Below, one piece after another: positions 55,346 through 64,000 of a DNA stretch of 64,000 bases. How positions within the stretch are numbered: position 1 is the first letter of the stretch; each line of letters opens with the position of its first letter. Below the pieces are notes generated by a model. That model worked only from the letters and a program-made list of their open reading frames with translations, had not been told where the DNA came from and ran no database searches. Made by a program: the position numbers and the translations under genes. The stretch is from Octopus sinensis (lineage: Eukaryota). The stretch lies in NCBI RefSeq assembly GCF_006345805.1, contig NC_043013.1, positions 35,712,001 to 35,776,000 of the forward strand, written 5' to 3'.

Positions 55346-57445
55346 TTGTAAAACTCTATCCATTTAACTCCTGATATCATATATATTCCGTAAGTTGGAC
55401 TATTTTATATCCATACACATGTACTTATCTAACTTGCTTCTCATTACATTTACTCATATATATGTATGTGTATAGATAGACATATCTTTCTATCTATCAA
55501 TCTATATACACAAACACACACACATATATATGTGTGTGTATATATACTGCCGATAAAGGCATTTTTTCCAAATACGCCAGCTAAACTTGTTGTACTGTTT
55601 ATTAGTTGTAAGACACCCGCTGTTTTTGTCCTGTTTTTACCATTATTGTTTTTTGTATTTTATATTTGTGTGGCATCGTCCGTTTTTCTGTCCCTGTTTC
55701 GTATACATTCAATCCTTCTTCCAAGAAATCTAATGCTCATAGCTTAATTTTTCCTTAGGGCTGGCCGGATCGGAGCGATCTCAAGATTAATCAGCAGAAA
55801 TTGCTAGGATGATCTGGTTCTTGACTGAAGATTGAAGGCTTCGAATGTCCCGTCCGTGTTTTTTGTATCGTCTTCTAAATGTTTTACGTTCTTGTCCCGG
55901 TTTGTATTTTTCTACATATAATATATATATATATTTCTTAAGGGATTGAGCTGGCAGAAGCATTACTGTGCTGGGCAAAAAGCTTAGTAGCATTTGGTCC
56001 GTCTTTACATTTGAGTTCAAATTTCACCAAGGTCGACTTTACCTTTCATTCTCTCAGGGTCGATGAAATATGTATGTTGAGTATTGGGGTTGAATTAATT
56101 GCCTTTCCCCTCCCCCAGACTTGCTGGCTTTGTGCCAAAATACACAAATGTATATAAAACAAGGGGGATTTTGACAGAGTTTAATATTATTAAGTAGAAA
56201 CCAAACAAACATGTTTAAATGATCAAATGTTTGCATAAAATTCAATAAATTTCACAGGGATAGATAATATCAAAGTAAATGTTCAACAGGGTATTTTTCA
56301 TTTTCTAACAACCAAATTCATTCACAAGACTTTGGTCAACTTCAGACTATAATAGAAGACACTTGCCCAAGTTGCCACAGAGTGGAACTGAACCCAAGGT
56401 CAGTTCTAGCTAGATGTGGTTGATTTAATGCTAGAGGATTCATCATTGAATTTAGACATAGTGGTAGAGAGCAGAAGTAATAGCAATGTTTGACTAGTAA
56501 CAACAAAAGTTTTTGCATTACCCATGTTCAACTATCTTACAAGGATCTCCGTGTTATCTCATTGTATTTTCAAATTACTCTCTGGCAACTTGGGTAAGTG
56601 TCTTCCATCATAACCTCAGGCAGACCAAAACCTTGTGGCTTTGATAGATGGAAACTGAAAGAAGCCCCTGGTATGTATATGTATGTGACTGTCTTTGTGT
56701 ATATCCTTGTCCCCCACCACTGCTTGGCACCTGACGTTGGTATGTTTTATGTCCCTGTGACTTAGCAGTTTGGCAAATGGGACCCAATTGAGTGGAGTTG
56801 ATTCATTAGACTAAAAATTCTTCAAGGCTGTGCCCCAGCATAGCCGTGGTTTAATGACCAAAAGAAATAAAAGATAAGCAATAAAATATTCATGGAACAC
56901 TCATTCATAGGAAACTCCACATATGCATGCACACACGCACACAGATACACACACAAACACACATATATATACATATCACACATACACACACATAAACATA
57001 CGTGCACATAAACACACATTCATTACATATTCACGTACATAATTATGTATGTGTATACACACAATCACACACACGTGCGCACATATATACGTATTATACA
57101 CCACACACACACATAAACATACATGCACATACTTACACACACGTTCATTACATATACATACAAACACATAAACCTGCAGGCACATACTTACACACACATT
57201 CATTACATATACACATACATATATATGCATGTGTATACACACAAACACACACACATACACACATATATATGTATCACATACACATGCACACATGCTTAGG
57301 TGTGTGTATATATACAAGCTAAATGTCTATTTAATAAGTACATGGATCAAATGAGGAAGTCTCAGGTTATATTTAATATATTTCCCTCCTCCTCCTCCCA
57401 TCCTTCTTCCTCCTCTTCTGCCCCCCTCTTTTTATTCATCCTTAC

Positions 57446-57597
<152 letters not shown>

Positions 57598-57975
57598 TTT
57601 CTATTAATAGTATCATTATCATTATTTTTATTATTATAATCCTTATTCCTGCTTTTATTTTCATTCTTATTATCATAGTTGTAGTTATTGTTGTTATTGT
57701 TGCTGTATCTTGTTAATGTTGTTGTTGTTGTGTTCCGGATGTGACATCTGTTATTTATCAAATGTTTATTCGTGCTAAATACTCCTTACTAAATTTACAA
57801 GTGATGTGATTTAACTAGCTGCAAACGAGATTGGCAAAACAGAGGACAGTCTACACATATTTTATATATACATGCATATATATATATATATATATATAAA
57901 TATATATATAGTATATATCATATATATATAGCATATATAATATATATATAATATATATATATATATTATATATAC

Positions 57976-58012
<37 letters not shown>

Positions 58013-58025
58013 ATATATATATACA

Positions 58026-58056
<31 letters not shown>

Positions 58057-58492
58057 GGTCTGTGTAATATACATACATACACATGCACATATATATATAT
58101 ATATATATATGTATATATGTTATATCTATATATACATATACTTTTGATATGTACATACATACACAGTTTCTTTCTCTCTTTCTCTCACATACACAGACAT
58201 ATATGTATATAATTGTGTGTGTGTATATATATATATATATGTACAAGTATGTATACATATATATTCTTGCAAACAGACAGCCACATACTAGACACTCTCA
58301 CTTGAACACGTTCGTACATTTACATGAACGCACAGATTAGAAATTGACGCATAATAACACAAAAATAGGCTCGCAATCCCAAGATACATGAACACTCATG
58401 TGAACAACATACATAAATGGCTTCATAACCACACACATATTACTGTTCTGCATGCCTACATACATAAATACATGAATATGTACATATATATA

Positions 58493-58572
<80 letters not shown>

Positions 58573-59072
58573 GTGCGTGTGTGATTTTATAAATATCTAT
58601 ATCTATATCTATCTATATATATATATGCATTCATAACTATATGTTTAACTATATACATAAAGACATATACATATGTTTCTCAGTACATAAATGTTCTTTG
58701 TTGTAGATTTGTCAAGGAATTTCCCACCATGGAGAAATATTCAGATTCCACAGGGAAACATGTGATTCCATAACAAGAGATGGAGGTGTGGTTCTTTTTT
58801 CTTTTTTCTCCTGTTTCTTAATTTTTTTTCTTAAAGAAAATTTCTTCATTATTATTTTTATTGCTGCTTTTAACTTTTACATATTTCAGTCATCAGATTG
58901 CAGTGATACGGGGGTACTGGCTTGAAGAATTTCTCATTAGATAAATTGACCCCCACCCGGTACTTGTGTGCTTTTTTGGGATTGTCTTTCTGTCTTTTAA
59001 GTCTGTTACTTATTCTATCAGTCTCCTCTGCCAAACTGCTAATTCCCAGAGCATGTAAACACACCAGTACTG

Positions 59073-59449
59073 CAGTTCTATTTTTAAGAGATGAGGAATT
59101 ATGTACATTATTTACATTATTTACATTCGACGGATATTTGTCCTCATCTTGTTTGTTGTTAACCACTACCCCATATGGCCACGGGCATATGGCATAGTGG
59201 ATAAGAGCATGGGCTACTAGCCCCAAGATTCCGAGTTCAATTCCAAGTAGTGACCTGAACAACAACAACAACAACAACAATAATAATAATAACAACAACA
59301 TCAAAAAATACCTTAGGAATGAGAACCCAGGTTTGAAATTTCCCCAAGACACCTGAAGAAGGCTGGAGAGTATATCAGCCGAAACATTGTGTTAACAACA
59401 AACAAGACGAGGACAAATATCTGTCAAATGTAAATAATGTAAATAATGT
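59073..59449 (+). mobile_element. Head-to-head palindromic element with tRNA-derived head and hammerhead, inserted in a CORE-type SINE
   Basis: TSD ACACCAGTACTG (59061-72) / ACACCAATACTG (59450-61); palindrome centre 59181-82; A-box TGGCATAGTGG, B-box GAGTTCAATTCC; the left arm is an internally deleted reverse complement of the right arm. Confidence 0.8.
59348..59393 (+). ncRNA. Minimal type-I hammerhead ribozyme motif
   Basis: GACAC-CTGAAGA-A-GGCTG-loop-CAGCC-GAAA-CA-T-T-GTGTT. Confidence 0.72.
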
Positions 59450-60217
59450 ACACCAATACTGGTTGTCAAATGGCGATGGGCAGTGGGGGGTGGTGCAAAC
59501 ATGGACACAAGATTTACCAGGTGCTTTTTACATGGCACTAGCACCAGTTCTTCATATAAGGAAGCGTGATGGCAAAATCGTTAGCATGCCAGGCAAAATG
59601 CTTAGCGGTATTTTGTCTGCCGTTATGTTCTCAGTTCAAATTCTGCCAAGGTCAACTTTGCCTTTCATCCTTTTGGGATCAATTAAATAAGTACCAGTTA
59701 CGCAATGGAGTTGATAAAACCGACTTAATCCATTTGTTTGTCCTTGTTTGTTCCCTCTGTGTTTAGCCCCTTGTGGGTAGTAAAGAAATATATAACACCA
59801 GCATGGGTACTTTTTACATAGGGCCAGCAGCAGTTGAAGTTGGCAAGAGGCTCATGGTGTTTACAAATGGATTTATACACTGCTTGGCAGTGTAGTTAGA
59901 AGCTTGCTTCCCAACCAAATGGTTCCAGGTTCAGTCCCACTGTTTGACACCTTGGGCAAGTATCGTGGAGGCATGGGGCTTAGTGATTAGATTGTTGGAC
60001 ACATGCTCATAAGATTGTGGTTTCAATTCCTGAACTGGGTGACATGTTGTGGTCTTCAGTGAAAAACTTCATTTCACATTGCTCCAATTCAATCACCTGT
60101 TAAAAATAAGTAATCCTACAATGGACTAGCATCCCATCCAGGTGGAGAATATATACACCAGAGAAACCTGGAAACCAGCCCTTATGAGTCTATATACAAC
60201 TTGGAAAGAATTTTTAT

Positions 60218-60620
60218 CAAGCACGTGTGTCATAGGTAATTACTCAGGGTAGGCACTTGGTGACTTTTATGCAATAAAACACAAAAAAGTGAATGAAACA
60301 CAGGTGCACGACTGAGATGGAGGCAGATTTACTCCTGCCTTTATAACACATAAAGAAAACAGTGTTGTAGGAGTGTACACAGCATGTGTACTACAGCAGT
60401 ATTTTGCATAGCTTAAATACTAAGATTGAAAAGCAGGGGCAAATTATGTCAACCTAATCTACAAAAAAATAAAATATTTTGCATTTTATGCATAATAATC
60501 AGAGTAACCTTCATAATTTTATAGAATCAGGTGCATATTTTGCCATAAAAGGAAAATGCTGCTATCAATCTATTTAAGGTAGGCACTATTTGCCTTGTCT
60601 ACCTAAGCAGCGCATCCCTG
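60218..60620. mobile_element. Possible old non-autonomous hAT-like element
   Basis: CA...CCCTG ends, subterminal GGTAGGCACT near both ends, 8-bp flanks matching at 6/8. Confidence 0.3.
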
Positions 60621-60647
60621 ATTATTCTCCTTTTTTTATCCTAGATA

Positions 60648-61622
60648 GGAGGTGGTATCAAAATGTGGGAGCTAACAGCGACATTGCTGTGTTTAATTCA
60701 TAAGTTGTGAAATGTGTGTTTTTATGATCATGTGTAGTCTGTGATTTTGTCACAGACAGGAATAAAGAGCCAGCATGAAATTTAGGGTTAAATTTGGGGA
60801 GTCTACTACAGAGATATTGAACATGCTTCGGCAAGCTTACAACAAGGAGGTAATGGGTTGTACACAATGTTTTAAGCGGCATGAGTGCTTCAAAAGAAGA
60901 AGAATGTTTTTGGAAGATGATGAGCAAACTGGAAGACCTACCACAAGCATCACTTCCAGAAATGTGGTATTGTGCATTGAGAATTCTTCCCCCAGTGCCA
61001 GACCATGAATAAAGGGTTCTACTGCCATCAGGTGAGAAAAAGACTATCAATCGAGAGTTCTACTATGATAAACCATCAAATAGGAGTTCTACTGTGATAG
61101 AACATCAATCAAGAGTTCTACTGCAATAAACCATCAATCTAGAGATCTACTGTGATAGACCATCAATTGAGAGCGCTACTGTGATAAACTATCAATCGAG
61201 AGTTCTATTGCAATATTTTGAAGTGCTGATGGAGGACATTCAGTGAAAGGGACCAGATCTGTGGGGCACAAAGAACTGGATTCTTCACCCAGCTCTCCTC
61301 CCTTCTGGGGTTTCATTTCAACATTTGTCCTATTTGTCAGATTTATCACCTGCAGACTTCTGTCTCTTCTCCAAGATGAAAATGCAGTTCAGAGGTCGTT
61401 GTTTTAACACCTTTGTCATGGCCCAGAGCTAATCACAAAATATCCTCGACTCACTCATAGAAAACAATTTCCAGGCATGATTCCAAAAGTGGCAGAATGC
61501 TGGGGTCTGGTGGATTACTGTGCAAGATGACTATTTCAAAGGATATGATGTTAAAACTTAAGGTAAATTAGTTATTTTTTAATTAAACATAATTAGTCCA
61601 GAAACCATTTGATACCACTTCG
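60648..61622 (+). mobile_element. Internally deleted mariner element with both TIRs and TA TSD
   Basis: TA|GGAGGTGGTATCAAA ... TTTGATACCACTTCG|TA; ORF 60775 MKFRVKFGESTTEILNMLRQAY...EDDEQTGRP; downstream SDLSPADFCLF-like motif. Confidence 0.9.
61043..61215 (+). repeat. 29-bp minisatellite (6 copies) inside the mariner
   Basis: Unit approximately ACCATCAATCGAGAGTTCTACTGTGATAA. Confidence 0.9.
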
Positions 61623-61709
61623 TATTTTACCCTAAAAGGAATAGGAGGGTGGGTTACCACTGGAAAGCCTTTGGTCAGATGTAGATGGAAGTAGGGTAGG
61701 AATAAATAC

Positions 61710-61932
61710 CTATTTCTTTATTACCCACAAGGGGCTAAACACAGAGGGGACAAACAAGGACAGACATAGGTATTAAGTCGATTACATCGACCCCAGTGCA
61801 TAACTGGTACTTAATTTATCGACCCTGAAAGGATGAAAGGCAAAGTCAACCTCGGCGGAATTTGAACTCAGAACGTAACGGCAGAGGAAATACGGCTACG
61901 CAATTCGTCCGACGTGCTAACGTTTCTGCCAA
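61710..61932 (-). mobile_element. Meta/MESC-type tRNA SINE (related plus copies at 55940-56140 and 59565-59790)
   Basis: GACCCTGAAAGGATGAAAGGCAAAGTCAACCTCGGCGGAATTTGAACTCAGAAC. Confidence 0.8.
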
Positions 61933-62199
61933 ATACCACCACACTACCACTAGTACAATCACCACGACCAACAACAGCAATAGCTACAACAGTAATAATG
62001 TTTTGCTTATTGGTAAATTAAACCAGAAGGAAATAAAATGAGAAAACCAGTCTTTGACAGCATCACCTGGAATATGACACCAAACATCATTAGAGAAGAT
62101 GGAAACATAGAATTAAATAAATAATTAAGTATAAAAATAAGTAAATAACTAAATAAACATATTAACAAAGATTTACCGTTTTTGATTACAACTGCTGTT

Positions 62200-62497
62200 G
62201 CCATCACTCTCATTACTTTTGCTTCCACTACCGATGCTGTCCACTGCTGCTACCTCCACCACCAGCACTACCATCACCATCACCAATGCTCTTCTGACTG
62301 CAACCACTACCACCACCACCTCAACAACCTCTACGATTGCCACTAACATCATCGATAGCATTATTTCCACCATCTCTTCCTCATCACTGACACCATCATT
62401 GCCATCATCATCATCATGAGAAGCAGCATCAAATATTACCACTACCACCATCACCACCACTATTGCCACCACCACTACTGCTGCTACCACCACCACC

Positions 62498-62531
<34 letters not shown>

Positions 62532-63500
62532 TTGCCATCGTATTTGTTGTTGTTATCATCATCATCAGATGCAACAACCACCAGCCCCTTCATTACCACA
62601 ACCACCCCTCACCACCAACACCACCACTCTCACCGAAATCACTACCTTCACCACCACCACCACTACAACCAACACTACCACCACCATTACCACCACCACC
62701 ACCACCACCACCATTACCACCACCACCACCACCACCATTATCACCACAACTACCCCTCACCACTATCACCACCGCCCTCACCGAAATCACTACCACCATC
62801 ACTACCTTCACCACCACCATCACCACTACCACCACCACCACCACCACCACCACCACCACCACCATTACCACCACCACCACAACAACTACCAACAACAAAA
62901 ACAACTTCACCATCAGTATCACCATCTCTTCATCCACAAGGCAGTAATCTTTTCCCATCATTTTGTTGTTGTTGTTGTTGTCATCGACGCCATCGCCATC
63001 GCTATCGTCATCATCATCATCATTGCCGATTTTGCTGCTACTGTTGTTGTTGTTGTTGGTCGTGATGGCTGTGGTGGTTGTGGTGCTGATGGTTATGTTT
63101 CCCTTTGTTTGTATTTTTATTTTCTTAACCCTGGCAAAGACTTGTTGTGACTACTAAAGTTATTAATCTAATTAAAACTAATTGACTGTGTAACATACCC
63201 CATGCCACACATGTGTTGCTACACCACCACCACCACCACCACCACTACCACCAGCGCCATGGCTGCCGTCGCTGCCGCCATTGCCACCACCATCATTGCT
63301 GTCATCATCATCGTCATCGTCATCGTCATCATAATCATCGCCTCCGTTTCCATTTCCATTCTCGGGGTTTACCAGCGATATTGCTAACACCATGCTTATA
63401 CCATCGTCATTAAACGCAACTGCCATGAACCAAATACCAACGAAGCTAGAGCCGAAAATGTATGCACACAACCATCACCACCACCACCACCACCACCACT

Positions 63501-63552
<52 letters not shown>

Positions 63553-64000
63553 GTGTCATCGTCATCATCATGAAATATTACTGGTGTCATCGCCATCACT
63601 ACCACCACCACAATGGCCACCACTACCAGCACCATCATCATCACCCTCTTCCTCATCATGATCGTCATCATCACTACCATCACCATCACCATCACTACCA
63701 CCATCATCGCCATCACTACCACCACCATCACCATCACTATCACCACCATCACCATCACCACCAGTACCACCACCATCACCATCACTACCACCATCTCAAT
63801 GGTCGCCACCAGCACCACCATCATCACCATCACTACCACCACCATCACCATCACTACCACCACCACCACCATCACCACAACTACCACCACCATCACCATC
63901 ACTACCACCACTGCAATGGGCACCACCACCACCACCATCATCATCATCCTCATCCTCTTCCTCATCCTCATCGTCATCATCACTACCACCACCATCACCA
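62200..64000. repeat. Long (CAC/CAT/CTA)n mosaic
   Basis: Directly visible; source of the poly-H/T/P ORFs. Confidence 0.95.

Noticed and set aside
59073-59163. Idea that the inverted arm starts exactly at the ribozyme cleavage site
   Set aside because: The arm continues into an inverted tRNA-head start (59159-59180); the boundary is better explained by a deletion at TTAAC microhomology.
59183-59255. Functional tRNA gene (also 50478-50552)
   Set aside because: Acceptor stem pairs poorly, and the sequence continues into SINE body rather than a terminator; a tRNA-derived head.

Overview
AT-rich, microsatellite-saturated animal genomic DNA. The mix of SINE families and simple repeats most resembles octopus (coleoid cephalopod) DNA; this is an inference, not a database match. 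I find no credible host protein-coding exon: almost all ORFs in the track are translations of (CA)n, (TA)n, (AAT)n, (CAC)n or (GATA)n repeats. The real coding remnants all come from transposable elements: Tc1/mariner transposases (1-778, 25.7-26.2 kb, 60.6-61.6 kb), a Gypsy LTR element lacking RT/RNase H (11.0-13.9 kb), CR1/L2-superfamily LINE 3' ends (24.9, 39.7, 49.0 kb) and Penelope-like (PLE) GIY-YIG fragments (26.3 kb, 52.3 kb, possibly 7.3 kb). Also present are a CpG-rich solo LTR with a 4-bp TSD, several TIR elements/MITEs, many tRNA-headed SINEs that are often nested, a 1.84-kb tandem duplication, a 2.7-kb higher-order (AAT) array and a 100-N gap. The most interesting signal is a set of minimal type-I hammerhead ribozyme (HHR) motifs of the PLE kind at 3351, 8503(-), 8755, 43711(-) and 59348, with degenerate copies at 7533, 26721 and 55254. 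Two non-coding elements are head-to-head palindromes with outward-facing HHRs. One of them (59073-59449) joins a tRNA-derived Pol III head to the HHR and is flanked by a 12-bp TSD, suggesting a ribozyme-carrying SINE mobilised by Penelope-like machinery.
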